Positions 1-11,892 of a stretch of 64,000 bases of DNA are shown one piece after another. Positions within the stretch are counted from its first letter, which is position 1. The number at the start of each line of letters is the position of its first letter. This DNA is from a phage, in the sequence record PZ452610.1. One strand, 5' to 3'. A program made the translations under genes and the position numbers. Below the pieces are notes generated by a model, which searched no databases, was not told the DNA's origin, and was given only the letters and a program-made list of their open reading frames with translations.

Positions 1-1041
<1,041 letters not shown>

Positions 1042-1068
1042 AAATAAAGCAAATTAAGAGGAATTAAA

Positions 1069-3051
1069 ATGTCACTTCTCTCTCCGGGCGTTGAGCTCAA
1101 AGAAACTACCGTACAGAGTACTGTAGTTAATAACTCCACTGGTACTGCTGCCCTGGCTGGAAAATTCCAATGGGGCCCTGCATTCCAGATTAAACAAATC
1201 ACTGATGAAGTTGCATTAGTTGATATGTTTGGTACTCCTAATACGGATACAGCAGATTATTTCATGTCTGCTATGAACTTCCTTCAATATGGTAATGACC
1301 TTCGTGTTGTACGCGCAGTTGACCGTGATACTGCTAAGAACTCATCTCCTGTAGCAGGCAATATTGAATTCACAATCTCTGCTGCTGGTAGTAACTATGC
1401 AGTTGGTGATAAAATTATCGTTAAGTATTTGACCGAAACTGTTGAAGCAGATGGTTATGTCACTTCGGTTGATGTCGATGGTAAAATTCTTAACATTTAT
1501 ATCCCAACCGGTAAAATTATTGCTCGTGCAAAAGAAATTAATGAATATCCGGCATTGGGTTCTAACTGGACCGCCGAAGTTGCCAGTTCTTCTTCTGGAC
1601 TTTCTGGCGTTATTACAATTGGTTCTATCGTAACCGATTCGGGTATTCTGTTAACTGAAGTTGAAACTTCTGAAGAAGCTATTACTTCTCTAACTTTCCA
1701 AGAATCTATTAAAAAATATGGTGTCCCAGGCGTAGTTGCTCTTTATCCTGGTGAACTTGGCGACCAGCTCGAAATTGAAATCGTATCTAAAGCAGACTAC
1801 GACAAAGGTGCTTCAGCCCAGTTAAAAATTTATCCTGATGGTGGTACTCGCGCATCTACTGCTAAAGCAATCTTTGGGTATGGCCCACAAACTGATGACC
1901 AATATGCAATTATAGTTCGTCGTAACGATGCTGTAGTTCAGAGCGTAGTTCTTTCTACTAAACGTGGTGAACGCGATATTTATGGTAGTAATATCTTTAT
2001 TGATGATTTCTTTGCTAAAGGTGCAAGCAATTATATTTTCGCTACTGCACAAGGTTGGCCAAAAGGTTTCTCTGGCGTAATCAAACTGGGTGGTGGCTTA
2101 TCATCTAATGAAACGGTTGACGCTGGTGATTTAATGGAAGCTTGGGATTTGTTTGCTGACCGCGAATCTGTTAATGCGCAGTTGTTTATTGCCGGTTCTT
2201 GTGCAGGTGAATCTTTAGAAGTTGCTTCTACAGTTCAGAAACATGTTGTAGCAATTGGTGATTCTCGCCAAGATTGCTTGGTTCTTTGCTCACCACCACG
2301 TTCAACTATAGTCGGTATTCCTGTTAATCGTGCAGTTGATAATCTGGTTGATTGGCGTACTGCATCAGGAACTTACACTGATAATAACTTTAATGTAAGT
2401 TCTACTTATGCTGCTATTGACGGTAACTATAAATATCAATATGACAAATATAATGACGTGAATCGTTGGGTTCCGTTAGCTGCTGATATTGCAGGTCTTT
2501 GTGCCCGTACAGACAATATTTCTCAGCCTTGGATGTCTCCGGCCGGTTATAACCGTGGACAAATTCTTAACGTTATTAAGCTTGCAATTGAAACTCGTCA
2601 ACCACAACGTGATCGTTTGTATCAGGAAGCTATTAACCCTGTTACTGGTACCGGCGGTGACGGATATGTTCTGTATGGTGATAAAACTGCCACTTCCGTT
2701 CCTTCACCATTTGACCGTATTAACGTTCGTCGTTTGTTCAATATGGTTAAAACGAACATTGGTTCAGCATCTAAATATCGCCTGTTTGAATTGAACAACG
2801 CATTTACCCGTTCTTCTTTCCGTACAGAGACTTCTCAATATCTACAGGGTATTAAAGCTCTCGGTGGTGTATATAACTTTAAAGTTGTTTGTGATACTAC
2901 CAATAACACCCCAGCAGTTATCGACCGTAATGAATTTGTAGCTACTTTCTACTTACAACCTGCCCGCTCGATAAATTATATTACGTTGAACTTTGTAGCA
3001 ACAGCAACTGGTGCCGATTTCGACGAACTGATTGGTGCTGTAGGTGGTTAA
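1069..3051 (+). CDS. 18: tail sheath protein gp18
   Basis: 660-aa ORF; near-identical in recognisable stretches to T4 gp18 (MSLLSPGVELKETTVQSTVVNN...); TATAAATA and SD GAGGA upstream. Confidence 0.97.
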   Translation: MSLLSPGVELKETTVQSTVVNNSTGTAALAGKFQWGPAFQIKQITDEVALVDMFGTPNTDTADYFMSAMNFLQYGNDLRVVRAVDRDTAKNSSPVAGNIEFTISAAGSNYAVGDKIIVKYLTETVEADGYVTSVDVDGKILNIYIPTGKIIARAKEINEYPALGSNWTAEVASSSSGLSGVITIGSIVTDSGILLTEVETSEEAITSLTFQESIKKYGVPGVVALYPGELGDQLEIEIVSKADYDKGASAQLKIYPDGGTRASTAKAIFGYGPQTDDQYAIIVRRNDAVVQSVVLSTKRGERDIYGSNIFIDDFFAKGASNYIFATAQGWPKGFSGVIKLGGGLSSNETVDAGDLMEAWDLFADRESVNAQLFIAGSCAGESLEVASTVQKHVVAIGDSRQDCLVLCSPPRSTIVGIPVNRAVDNLVDWRTASGTYTDNNFNVSSTYAAIDGNYKYQYDKYNDVNRWVPLAADIAGLCARTDNISQPWMSPAGYNRGQILNVIKLAIETRQPQRDRLYQEAINPVTGTGGDGYVLYGDKTATSVPSPFDRINVRRLFNMVKTNIGSASKYRLFELNNAFTRSSFRTETSQYLQGIKALGGVYNFKVVCDTTNNTPAVIDRNEFVATFYLQPARSINYITLNFVATATGADFDELIGAVGG

Positions 3052-3083
3052 TAAGACGCCTGATGGGCTATTTCGGTAGCCCA

Positions 3084-3091
3084 TATAAATA
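3084..3091 (+). promoter_or_regulatory. late promoter (TATAAATA) for gene 19
   Basis: Exact TATAAATA in the 18-19 intergenic region. Confidence 0.6.
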
Positions 3092-3163
3092 TACTATATC
3101 GTTTAAAAATTAATTCTATGGGCATCAGGTTAATCCTAAGCCCATATTACTACAGAGGCTAAT

Positions 3164-3655
3164 ATGTTTGTAGATGACGTAACTCGTGCCTTCGAATCTG
3201 GTGATTTCGCTCGCCCTAACCTGTTCGAAGTAGAAATCTCTTATCTTGGGCAAAACTTTAGCTTCCAGTGTCGTGCTACGGCTCTTCCTGCTGCGATCGT
3301 TGAAAAGGTTCCTGTTTCTTATATGAACCGTAAAATTAATGTGGCTGGTGACCGTACATTCGATGATTGGACTATTACAGTAATGAACGACGATGCTCAT
3401 AGCATTCGTCAGAAATTTGTTGATTGGCAAGGTATTGCAGCAGGACAAGGTAATGAAATTACCGGTGGTAAACCTGCTGAATATAAAAAGACTGCTATCG
3501 TTCGTCAATTTGCTCGTGATGCTAAAACGGTCACTAAAGAAGTTGAAATTGTCGGCTTGTGGCCTACTAACGTTGGTGAAGTATCTCTTGACTGGGACAG
3601 TAATAACGAGATTGAAACGTTCGAAGTAACTCTTGCTCTTGATTGGTGGGAATAA
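3164..3655 (+). CDS. 19: tail tube protein gp19
   Basis: 163-aa ORF directly after gene 18, T4 gp19 length and sequence pattern; late promoter at 3084-3091. Confidence 0.93.
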   Translation: MFVDDVTRAFESGDFARPNLFEVEISYLGQNFSFQCRATALPAAIVEKVPVSYMNRKINVAGDRTFDDWTITVMNDDAHSIRQKFVDWQGIAAGQGNEITGGKPAEYKKTAIVRQFARDAKTVTKEVEIVGLWPTNVGEVSLDWDSNNEIETFEVTLALDWWE

Positions 3656-3703
3656 TCTGGTTGGGGAGAAATCCCCAGCTTCCCGTGATGACGGAGAAGT
3701 CCA

Positions 3704-3711
3704 TATAAATA
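3704..3711 (+). promoter_or_regulatory. late promoter (TATAAATA) for gene 20
   Basis: Exact TATAAATA about 30 nt upstream of the gene 20 ATG. Confidence 0.65.
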
Positions 3712-3739
3712 TAACTATAATTCCCATTCGGAGAATACA

Positions 3740-5311
3740 ATGAAATTTAATATCTTAAGTTTGTTTGCTCCATGGGCAAAAATGGACGAACGTGATTACA
3801 AAGACCAAGAAAAAGAAAATTTAGAATCGATCACCGCACCAAAATTAGACGACGGCGCTAAAGAATACGAAGTATCTGAAAATGAAGCACAGCAAACATA
3901 TAATGCTATGTTTCAGAGAATGTTCGGTAGCCAAGAACCAGGGCTCAAATCAACGCGTGAATTAATCGATACGTATCGAAATTTGATGACGAACTATGAA
4001 GTGGATAATGCAGTCTCTGAAATAGTTTCCGATGCTATCGTATATGAAGATGATACAGAAGTCGTTTCTATAAATTTAGACAACACAAAATTTAGTCCAA
4101 ATATCAAATCAATGATGTTGGATGAATTTAACGAAGTGTTAAATCATTTATCTTTCCAACGTAAAGGTTCAGACCATTTTAGACGTTGGTACGTAGATTC
4201 TCGAATTTTCTTCCATAAAATTATTGACCCTAAACGCCCTAAAGAAGGTATTAAAGAGCTTCGTCGTTTAGACCCACGTCAAGTTCAATATGTCCGTGAA
4301 GTTATTACAACCACTGAAGCTGGTGTTAAAATAGTCAAGGGTTATAAAGAATATTTCATTTATGACACATCACACGAATCTTATGCTTGTGATGGTCGCA
4401 TATATGAAGCTGGCACAAAAATAAAAATCCCTAAAGCCGCGATTGTTTATGCCCATTCTGGTTTAGTTGATTGTTGTGGTAAAAATATCATTGGTTATTT
4501 GCATCGGGCTATTAAGCCGGCGAACCAATTAAAACTTCTTGAAGATGCAGTCGTAATTTATCGTATTACTCGTGCTCCCGATCGTCGTGTATGGTACGTT
4601 GATACAGGTAATATGCCTTCAAGAAAAGCAGCAGAACATATGCAACATGTTATGAATACGATGAAAAACCGTATTGCATATGATGCTACTACAGGCAAGA
4701 TTAAAAACCAGCAGCATATTATGTCGATGACCGAAGATTATTGGTTACAACGACGTGATGGTAAAGCAGTAACAGAAGTTGATACATTACCAGGTGCAGA
4801 TAATACCGGAAATATGGAAGATGTACGTTGGTTCCGTAATGCGCTTTATATGGCTTTACGTATTCCTATTACCCGTATTCCAAGTGACCAAGGTGGTATA
4901 CAGTTTGATGCTGGTACTTCTATTACACGAGATGAATTATCATTTGGTAAATTTATTCGTGAGCTGCAACATAAATTTGAAGAGATATTCCTAGACCCGC
5001 TTAAAACTAATTTAATTCTTAAAGGAATTATTACAGAAGATGAGTGGAATGATGAAATAAATAATATTAAGATAAAATTTCATCGGGATAGTTATTTCTC
5101 GGAATTAAAGGATGCTGAGATTCTGGAGCGTCGCATTAATATGCTTCAGATGGCCGAACCATTTATTGGTAAATATATTTCTCACAGAACAGCTATGAAA
5201 GATATTCTTCAGATGTCTGACGAGGAAATTGAACAAGAGGCTAAGCAAATTGAAGAAGAGTCGAAAGAGGCTCGTTTCCAAGACCCCGACCAAGAACAAG
5301 AGGATTTTTAA
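3740..5311 (+). CDS. 20: portal vertex protein gp20
   Basis: 523-aa ORF at the T4 gene 20 position; late promoter at 3704-3711; SD GGAGA. Confidence 0.95.
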   Translation: MKFNILSLFAPWAKMDERDYKDQEKENLESITAPKLDDGAKEYEVSENEAQQTYNAMFQRMFGSQEPGLKSTRELIDTYRNLMTNYEVDNAVSEIVSDAIVYEDDTEVVSINLDNTKFSPNIKSMMLDEFNEVLNHLSFQRKGSDHFRRWYVDSRIFFHKIIDPKRPKEGIKELRRLDPRQVQYVREVITTTEAGVKIVKGYKEYFIYDTSHESYACDGRIYEAGTKIKIPKAAIVYAHSGLVDCCGKNIIGYLHRAIKPANQLKLLEDAVVIYRITRAPDRRVWYVDTGNMPSRKAAEHMQHVMNTMKNRIAYDATTGKIKNQQHIMSMTEDYWLQRRDGKAVTEVDTLPGADNTGNMEDVRWFRNALYMALRIPITRIPSDQGGIQFDAGTSITRDELSFGKFIRELQHKFEEIFLDPLKTNLILKGIITEDEWNDEINNIKIKFHRDSYFSELKDAEILERRINMLQMAEPFIGKYISHRTAMKDILQMSDEEIEQEAKQIEEESKEARFQDPDQEQEDF

Positions 5312-5541
5312 TGGACGATTTAATTCAAGCTATTAAATCAAACGACCTCGTTGCTACTCGAAAGTTTTTTGAAAGTGCAATGGCAGAAAAAACGGTTCGT
5401 TTGATTGAAGCACGCAAAGCAGAAATCGCTTCTCAATTTTTGATTGAAGGCGAAGAACCTGAAGAAGAAAAGAAAGCTTCGGAAGACGACGCTGATGAAG
5501 GCGATGACGACGAAGACGAAGATGATGAGGACGATGAATAA
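5311..5541 (+). CDS. 67: prohead core protein gp67
   Basis: 76-aa ORF with poly-acidic C-terminal tail ([18 protein letters not shown]) as in T4 gp67; TAATG overlap with gene 20. Confidence 0.85.
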   Translation: MDDLIQAIKSNDLVATRKFFESAMAEKTVRLIEARKAEIASQFLIEGEEPEEEKKASEDDADEGDDDEDEDDEDDE

Positions 5542-5966
5542 TGTATCTTATCCCTGAATCTTATGAATTGGTACTCGAAAATGTCGAAGCACTTATTCCT
5601 GAAGCACAGGGCCGAATCGATGCATTGTCTTCTGCTCTCGATATTGACGATATAAATACTATTATCGAGAACATGCTTGAAACTGAAACGGATTTAGCTG
5701 TTGCAATGGCTTCCATTATTAATGAAGAACAGTTAAACGAGTTTATCGTTAAACATGTTTCTTCTCGTGGTGAAGTCACCCGCACTAAAGACCGTAAAAC
5801 TCGTGAACGTAACGCGTTCCAAACAACCGGTCTTTCTAAAGCAAAACGTAGACAAATCGCTCGTAAGGTCGTTAAAGCTAAAAAAGCTAACCCTTCAGGC
5901 CAAGTTAAAGGCTTGCGTAAGCGTAAAAAAGCTCTTAAACGTCGTAAAGCATTAGGATTAAGCTAA
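5541..5966 (+). CDS. 68: prohead core protein gp68
   Basis: 141-aa ORF with basic C-terminus, ATGA-type overlap with gene 67; position and length as T4 gp68. Confidence 0.8.
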   Translation: MYLIPESYELVLENVEALIPEAQGRIDALSSALDIDDINTIIENMLETETDLAVAMASIINEEQLNEFIVKHVSSRGEVTRTKDRKTRERNAFQTTGLSKAKRRQIARKVVKAKKANPSGQVKGLRKRKKALKRRKALGLS

Positions 5967-6607
5967 TGAATAAACCCGAGTTACTTATTGAAACTTGGGG
6001 TCAACCCGGTGAGATTATTGATGGCGTTCCAATGTTGGAATCTCATGATGGAAAAGATTCTGGCTTAAAACCAGGGCTTTATATAGAAGGTATTTTTCTT
6101 CAGGCAGAGGTTGTTAACCGAAATAAACGTTTATATCCTAAACGTGTTTTGGAAAAAGCCGTAAGCGACTATATTAAAGAACAAGTCGCAACCAAACAAG
6201 CCCTTGGAGAATTAAATCATCCACCTCGTGCAAATGTTGACCCTATGCAAGCCGCTATCATTATTGAAGATATGTGGTGGAAAGGAAACGATGTATATGG
6301 ACGTGCTAGAATTATTGAAGGCGACCATGGTCCCGGCGATAAATTAGCTGCTAATATACGAGCTGGTTGGATTCCAGGTGTTTCCTCTCGTGGTCTTGGT
6401 TCTTTAACCGACACCAATAAAGGGTACCGTATCGTGAACGAAGGATTTAAATTAACCGTCGGTGTAGATGCCGTATGGGGTCCTTCTGCTCCAGATGCTT
6501 GGGTTACTCCTAAACAAATATCAGAATCAGAAAATTCGGTGGAAATCACCAAAAACAGTGCTGATGAAGCATTTAAAGCTCTCGCAGAGAGTTTAAAAGC
6601 ATTATAA
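5966..6607 (+). CDS. 21: prohead core protease gp21
   Basis: 213-aa ORF, sequence ([29 protein letters not shown]...) recognisably T4 gp21. Confidence 0.95.
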   Translation: MNKPELLIETWGQPGEIIDGVPMLESHDGKDSGLKPGLYIEGIFLQAEVVNRNKRLYPKRVLEKAVSDYIKEQVATKQALGELNHPPRANVDPMQAAIIIEDMWWKGNDVYGRARIIEGDHGPGDKLAANIRAGWIPGVSSRGLGSLTDTNKGYRIVNEGFKLTVGVDAVWGPSAPDAWVTPKQISESENSVEITKNSADEAFKALAESLKAL

Positions 6608-6610
6608 ATA
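6603..6610 (+). promoter_or_regulatory. late promoter (TATAAATA) for gene 22
   Basis: Exact TATAAATA in the 21-22 intergenic region. Confidence 0.6.
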
Positions 6611-6640
6611 ATAATGTAATCTAAACCACAGGACACTAAA

Positions 6641-7453
6641 ATGATCAAAGAACAACTTTTGAAAGAAGCTCAGAACATCGAGACTTCAGTTGCTCTTAAT
6701 AGTGTTTTCGAATCAGTAGAACTGTCTCCGGACGTTAAAGCTAATTTCAGCACTGTATTCGAAGCCACCGTTAAGCAGGAAGCAGTCAAACTGGCTGAAT
6801 CTCATATCAAAGCCATCGCCGAAAAGGCCGAAGAAGAAGTTGAAAAGGCTAAAGAAGATGCTGAAGAGAAAGCTGATAAAAAATTGGCTGAACAAGCTTC
6901 TAAATTCCTAGACCATCTTGCAAAAGAATGGCTCGCAGAAAACCAAATCGCAGTTGATAAAGGCATTAAAGCTGATTTGTTCGAATCCATGCTTGGTGGT
7001 CTGAAAGAACTGTTTGTTGAACATAACGTTGTTGTTCCAGAAGAATCTGTAGATGTTGTAGCAGAAATGGAAGAAGAGCTGGCCGAACATAAAGAAGAAA
7101 CCGCTCGTTTGTTCGAAGAAGTTACCAAACGTGATGCATATATCAATTACGTTCAGCGTGAAACCGCTATTAATGAAAGCGTGAAAGACCTGACTGAATC
7201 TCAGAAAGAAAAAGTTATTGGCCTGGTTGAAGGTATGGATTATTCTGACGCATTTGGTACTAAGTTAACTGCTATTGTAGAAATGGTTAAAGGTTCTACT
7301 AAAGAAGAAGCCGCTATTACCGAAAGTATAAATACAGTTGACAATGACGCTGCCGGTCTTAATTTTGTTGCCGAAGCAGTTGACACTACCACAACTCAGG
7401 TAGAACAGAATTCTAATGTAAGTTTATATGCGAAAGTCGCATCTCGTTTCTAA
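6641..7453 (+). CDS. 22: prohead core scaffold protein gp22
   Basis: 270-aa acidic, helix-rich ORF; late promoter at 6603-6610; T4 gene 22 position. Confidence 0.9.
   Translation: MIKEQLLKEAQNIETSVALNSVFESVELSPDVKANFSTVFEATVKQEAVKLAESHIKAIAEKAEEEVEKAKEDAEEKADKKLAEQASKFLDHLAKEWLAENQIAVDKGIKADLFESMLGGLKELFVEHNVVVPEESVDVVAEMEEELAEHKEETARLFEEVTKRDAYINYVQRETAINESVKDLTESQKEKVIGLVEGMDYSDAFGTKLTAIVEMVKGSTKEEAAITESINTVDNDAAGLNFVAEAVDTTTTQVEQNSNVSLYAKVASRF
7327..7334 (+). promoter_or_regulatory. candidate late promoter inside the 3' end of gene 22 (for gene 23)
   Basis: Exact TATAAATA about 140 nt upstream of the gene 23 ATG; no TATAAATA lies closer. Confidence 0.35.
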
Positions 7454-7470
7454 TTTAAAGGTTAACACAA

Positions 7471-9033
7471 ATGACTACTATCAAAACTAAAGCTCAGCTC
7501 GTAGACAAATGGAAAGAACTGCTGGAAGGTGAAGGCCTGCCGGAAATCGCTAATAGCAAGCAGGCTATTATCGCTAAAATCTTCGAAAACCAGGAAAAAG
7601 ATTTCGAAGTATCCCCTGAATATAAAGACGAGAAAATCGCTCAGGCATTTGGTTCTTTCTTGACCGAAGCTGAAATTGGTGGTGACCATGGTTATAATGC
7701 TCAGAACATCGCAGCAGGTCAAACCTCTGGTGCAGTAACCCAAATTGGGCCAGCAGTTATGGGTATGGTTCGTCGTGCTATTCCTAATCTGATCGCTTTT
7801 GATATTTGTGGTGTTCAGCCTATGAACAGCCCTACCGGTCAGGTATTTGCTCTCCGTGCAGTATATGGTAAAGACCCTATCGCTGCTGACGCTAAAGAAG
7901 CTTTCCATCCGATGTATGCTCCAGATGCGATGTTCTCTGGTCAGGGTGCTGCTAAGAAATTCCCAGCTCTGGCTGCTAGCACACAAACCACAGTAGGTGA
8001 TATCTATACTCACTTCTTCCAGGAAACTGGTACTGTATATCTGCAAGCTTCTGTTCAAGTAACAATCGATGCGACCGATGCTGCTAAATTAGATGCCGAA
8101 GTTAAGAAACAAATGGAAGCTGGTGCACTGGTAGAAATCGCTGAAGGTATGGCTACTTCTATCGCTGAACTCCAGGAAGGTTTCAACGGTTCTACCGATA
8201 ACCCATGGAATGAAATGGGCTTCCGTATCGATAAACAAGTTATTGAAGCTAAATCTCGCCAGCTGAAAGCTGCTTACTCTATCGAATTAGCACAAGACCT
8301 CCGTGCAGTACACGGTATGGATGCTGATGCTGAACTGAGCGGTATTCTGGCTACAGAAATTATGCTAGAAATCAACCGTGAAGTTGTTGATTGGATTAAC
8401 TACTCAGCACAGGTTGGTAAATCTGGTATGACCCTGACTCCGGGTTCTAAAGCTGGTGTATTTGACTTCCAGGACCCGATTGATATCCGTGGTGCTCGTT
8501 GGGCCGGTGAAAGCTTTAAATCTCTGTTGTTCCAGATTGATAAAGAAGCAGTTGAAATTGCTCGTCAAACCGGTCGTGGTGAAGGTAACTTCATTATCGC
8601 TTCCCGTAACGTAGTTAACGTACTGGCTTCAGTTGATACTGGTATTTCTTACGCTGCACAGGGTCTGGCTTCCGGTTTTAATACCGACACTACTAAGTCT
8701 GTATTTGCCGGTGTACTTGGTGGTAAATACCGCGTATACATCGACCAGTATGCTAAACAGGATTATTTCACCGTTGGTTACAAAGGCGCTAACGAAATGG
8801 ATGCAGGTATTTACTATGCTCCTTACGTTGCACTTACCCCACTGCGTGGTTCTGATCCTAAGAACTTCCAGCCGGTAATGGGCTTTAAAACTCGTTACGG
8901 TATCGGTGTTAACCCGTTTGCTGAAAGTTCCCTGCAGGCTCCAGGTGCTCGCATCCAGTCCGGTATGCCATCTATCCTGAACAGCCTTGGTAAGAACGCT
9001 TACTTCCGCCGTGTATATGTAAAAGGCATCTAA
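7471..9033 (+). CDS. 23: major capsid protein gp23
   Basis: 520-aa ORF; T4 gp23 length and sequence pattern; strong SD AAAGG; terminator hairpin downstream. Confidence 0.97.
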   Translation: MTTIKTKAQLVDKWKELLEGEGLPEIANSKQAIIAKIFENQEKDFEVSPEYKDEKIAQAFGSFLTEAEIGGDHGYNAQNIAAGQTSGAVTQIGPAVMGMVRRAIPNLIAFDICGVQPMNSPTGQVFALRAVYGKDPIAADAKEAFHPMYAPDAMFSGQGAAKKFPALAASTQTTVGDIYTHFFQETGTVYLQASVQVTIDATDAAKLDAEVKKQMEAGALVEIAEGMATSIAELQEGFNGSTDNPWNEMGFRIDKQVIEAKSRQLKAAYSIELAQDLRAVHGMDADAELSGILATEIMLEINREVVDWINYSAQVGKSGMTLTPGSKAGVFDFQDPIDIRGARWAGESFKSLLFQIDKEAVEIARQTGRGEGNFIIASRNVVNVLASVDTGISYAAQGLASGFNTDTTKSVFAGVLGGKYRVYIDQYAKQDYFTVGYKGANEMDAGIYYAPYVALTPLRGSDPKNFQPVMGFKTRYGIGVNPFAESSLQAPGARIQSGMPSILNSLGKNAYFRRVYVKGI

Positions 9034-9057
9034 TCTTAATTGATTAAATCTTATTTT

Positions 9058-9081
9058 GGGAGACTTCGGTCTCCCATTTTT
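9058..9081 (+). terminator. intrinsic terminator after gene 23
   Basis: GGGAGAC-UUCG-GUCUCCC hairpin followed by AUUUUUGG. Confidence 0.75.
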
Positions 9082-9085
9082 GGTT

Positions 9086-9355
9086 TTATTTCTGTGCAAT
9101 TTTGATGTAAGTTTTCAAAATATTTTGCCAATTAGGCATACCTTCTTGGACATATGCCGGAGAACCATCTTTGTTTTTGAATGATGCAAGTTTATCAGTG
9201 GCCCAATAACCTTTAGCTCGAGCTTCAGAATCAACTTTCATCCATACTTTGTTGAAGGCATTACCATTAACTTTTGCACCATATTTTTCTACTAACTTAA
9301 CTGCTTCAGCTTCCAGAACTTTTAAAGTATCTCGTAAGAAACGTGCTTTAGTCAT
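9086..9355 (-). CDS. hypothetical protein (89 aa) occupying the 23-24 intergenic position
   Basis: 89-aa minus-strand ORF with SD AGAGGAG and an early-type promoter upstream; no recognisable motif. Confidence 0.5.
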   Translation of the reverse strand: MTKARFLRDTLKVLEAEAVKLVEKYGAKVNGNAFNKVWMKVDSEARAKGYWATDKLASFKNKDGSPAYVQEGMPNWQNILKTYIKIAQK

Positions 9356-9385
9356 TTTGTTTACTCCTCTGTAGTTGATAAGTCT

Positions 9386-9415
9386 ATAGTATCACATACC
9401 AAATACGTTGTAAAC
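9386..9415 (-). promoter_or_regulatory. early promoter (GTTTAC, 18 nt, TACTAT) for the 89-aa ORF
   Basis: Member of a conserved motif family seen 12 times on the minus strand: GTTTAC, 17-18 nt, TGTGnTA(C/T)TATAGAC. Confidence 0.55.
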
Positions 9416-9421
9416 AATCTT

Positions 9422-9429
9422 TATAAATA
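9422..9429 (+). promoter_or_regulatory. late promoter (TATAAATA) for gene 24
   Basis: Exact TATAAATA about 30 nt upstream of the gene 24 ATG. Confidence 0.65.
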
Positions 9430-9456
9430 ATCTATATCACATAAGGAAAAAATGCA

Positions 9457-10740
9457 ATGAGTAAAATCCAAAAATTATTGCGTGAATCTACAACGTCTAC
9501 TAGCAACTCAATTGGTCGCCCAAATCTCGTTGCTTTGACTCGCGCTACGACTAAATTAATATATTCTGACATTGTAGCAACACAAAGAACTAATCAACCT
9601 GTTGCTGCTTTTTATGGTATCAAATATCTTAACCCAGATAACGAATTCACATTTAAAACCGGTGCTACTTATGCTGGCGAAGTTGGATATGTAGACCGAG
9701 AAAAAATTACTGAACTCACAGAAGAATCAAAAGTCACACTAAATAAAGGTGATTTTTTCAAATATAATAATATCGTCTATAAAGTGTTAGAAGATACACC
9801 ATTTGCAGATATTCAAGAAAGTGATCTAGAATTAGCTCTTCAGATTGCAGTCGTTCATTTAAAGGTACGGTTATTTTCAGATGCAGCGGTAACAAGCAAA
9901 TTTGAAAGCTCTGATAGCGAAATTTCTGATGCAAGATTCCAGATTAATAAATGGCAAACTTCAGTCAAATCTCGCAAACTTAAAACTGGTCTCACGGTTG
10001 AATTAGCGCAAGATTTGGAAGCGAATGGATTTGATGCCCCTAACTTCTTAGAGGATTTGCTTGCTACTGAAATGGCTGATGAAATTAATAAAGATATTCT
10101 TCAGTCTTTAATTACTGTATCGAAACGTTATAAAGTTACTGGAATTACTGACACCGGATTTATTGACTTGAGCTATGCATCCGCTCCAGAAGCAGGTCGT
10201 TCATTATATCGAATGGTGTGTGAAATGGTATCACACATTCAAAAAGAGACAACTTATACTGCAACGTTTTGTGTAGCCTCAGCTCGTGCAGCTGCTATTC
10301 TTGCTGCTTCCGGTTGGTTAAAACATAAGCCAGAAGATGACAAGTATCTTTCACAAAATGCTTATGGATTCTTGGCAAATGGATTACCTCTTTACTGCGA
10401 TACCAACAGTCCGTTAGATTATGTTATTGTTGGTGTTGTAGAAAATATCGGCGAAAAAGAAATTGTAGGGTCCATCTTTTATGCTCCATACACTGAAGGA
10501 GTAGATTTAGATGACCCGGAACATGTTGGTGCATTTAAAGTTGTAGTTGATCCAGAAAGCTTGCAACCGTCTATCGGATTATTGGTTAGATATGCTTTAT
10601 CAGCAAATCCTTACACAGTAGCAAAAGACGAAAAAGAAGCGAGAATAATTGATGGTGGGGACATGGATAAAATGGCAGGACGTTCAGACTTGTCTGTTTT
10701 ACTCGGTGTTAAATTGCCTAAAATTATTATAGATGAATAA
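9457..10740 (+). CDS. 24: capsid vertex protein gp24
   Basis: 427-aa ORF, gp23-like fold paralog at T4 gene 24 position; late promoter at 9422-9429. Confidence 0.93.
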   Translation: MSKIQKLLRESTTSTSNSIGRPNLVALTRATTKLIYSDIVATQRTNQPVAAFYGIKYLNPDNEFTFKTGATYAGEVGYVDREKITELTEESKVTLNKGDFFKYNNIVYKVLEDTPFADIQESDLELALQIAVVHLKVRLFSDAAVTSKFESSDSEISDARFQINKWQTSVKSRKLKTGLTVELAQDLEANGFDAPNFLEDLLATEMADEINKDILQSLITVSKRYKVTGITDTGFIDLSYASAPEAGRSLYRMVCEMVSHIQKETTYTATFCVASARAAAILAASGWLKHKPEDDKYLSQNAYGFLANGLPLYCDTNSPLDYVIVGVVENIGEKEIVGSIFYAPYTEGVDLDDPEHVGAFKVVVDPESLQPSIGLLVRYALSANPYTVAKDEKEARIIDGGDMDKMAGRSDLSVLLGVKLPKIIIDE

Positions 10741-10742
10741 AC

Positions 10743-10772
10743 AAAAAAAAAGGGACCTTACGGTCCCTTTTT
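10743..10772. terminator. bidirectional intrinsic terminator between gene 24 and rnlB
   Basis: AGGGACC-TTAC-GGTCCCT hairpin flanked by an A8 run and a T5 run. Confidence 0.75.
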
Positions 10773-10774
10773 CG

Positions 10775-11773
10775 TTATGATACTAATTCAATCCATGCAG
10801 GACGCAGAACATCTTGCACCATTCGGACTAATTCTTTCTTAACAAGATTCGGATTATCGGATGATGTTAATACAATACCTTCACGAGAAGTTTCTTCCAG
10901 AATATCTTGAACAGTCAATCCCATCACTTTGCCAAAATCTTTTGGCGTTACAGTCCCAATCTTAGAAATCACATTATTAACACGGTTTAATGTAACATAA
11001 CAAGCTAGGACATCAAGCAAGTTTTTGTCAATTTCGGTTAATGGAACCTGAGTTTTAATAGGCTTATCAGACTTTTTCTTTTCACTGAATTTAGAGTTCT
11101 TACACTTAATAGCTACACGAGTACCGTTTGGCAGCCATTTAGGGAAACAAGGCTTCAGAACATAACCTTCTGCTGTATTATCACCAATAACATTAGCATC
11201 AAATACGCAATTATTTGCTTCGACAAGGTCTTCTGACGCAGTAGCATTATAAGCGGCTAAGACGGAATCAAGGTCGTTTGGAATCATGATAAGAGCATCA
11301 AATGTGCCACGACCAAGCATTGGTGCCATTTTAAAACCGAATTCATTACAGAAATCTTGCATTTCGTAATCAGTCAAATACGTATTATCACCACTTTCTG
11401 TATTGATAATGATATCGAACACATAAAAATCTTTTTCACCGTAGTCAACACCTTTCTGGATTCCACCACCAGCGAATTCACCGAATACTTGATATGATAC
11501 GGCTCGAGCTGTGTACATGAATTCCTGAACGGCTTTAATAGCTTTATCATACTTCTTGAGTACGATTTCATAACCATAAAAATCTTCTGCTGGAAGAATA
11601 GGGCCTGTGCGCTTGGCGCATGTGACGTTGTCACGTTCAATAATTAAACTAAAGTTGGTCCCATGGATTTTCTCACGTGCTACCCAAACACCAGTAGTCA
11701 AACCATTAGTGTAGAGTTTTTCAATAAACTTAGAGTTGTAGTGGTTTTCAAGACTGCTGTATTTCTTAAACAT
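10775..11773 (-). CDS. rnlB: RNA ligase 2 (RnlB)
   Basis: 332-aa ORF; nucleotidyltransferase lysine motif KIHGTN; matches T4 Rnl2 N- and C-terminal sequence as recalled. Confidence 0.9.
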   Translation of the reverse strand: MFKKYSSLENHYNSKFIEKLYTNGLTTGVWVAREKIHGTNFSLIIERDNVTCAKRTGPILPAEDFYGYEIVLKKYDKAIKAVQEFMYTARAVSYQVFGEFAGGGIQKGVDYGEKDFYVFDIIINTESGDNTYLTDYEMQDFCNEFGFKMAPMLGRGTFDALIMIPNDLDSVLAAYNATASEDLVEANNCVFDANVIGDNTAEGYVLKPCFPKWLPNGTRVAIKCKNSKFSEKKKSDKPIKTQVPLTEIDKNLLDVLACYVTLNRVNNVISKIGTVTPKDFGKVMGLTVQDILEETSREGIVLTSSDNPNLVKKELVRMVQDVLRPAWIELVS

Positions 11774-11892
11774 AAATCACCATTATAAATAATAATATCA
11801 AAATAATTAGCAGAGACTCTGTCTCCGACCCGATGTTTAATTTGAATGGATAGAACCTAGATTCATTATACCATCAAAAAATGTAAAGCATA

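Noticed and set aside
3125-3727. 200-aa minus-strand ORF covering gene 19
   Set aside because: Completely antisense to the well-supported tail tube gene; typical shadow ORF in an AT-rich genome.
5755-5955. 66-aa + strand ORF in an alternative frame inside gene 68
   Set aside because: Same-strand overlapping frame within a conserved structural gene; lysine-rich translation arises from the basic codon composition of gene 68.
7462-9099. Minus-strand ORFs of 198 and 156 aa inside and at the 3' end of gene 23
   Set aside because: Antisense to the major capsid gene, no promoter or SD support; shadow ORFs.
11784-11791. TATAAATA on the + strand with no + strand gene downstream for about 2.8 kb
   Set aside because: In a genome this AT-rich, TATAAATA is expected by chance several times in 64 kb; without a downstream ORF it is not called a promoter, though a late antisense transcript cannot be excluded.
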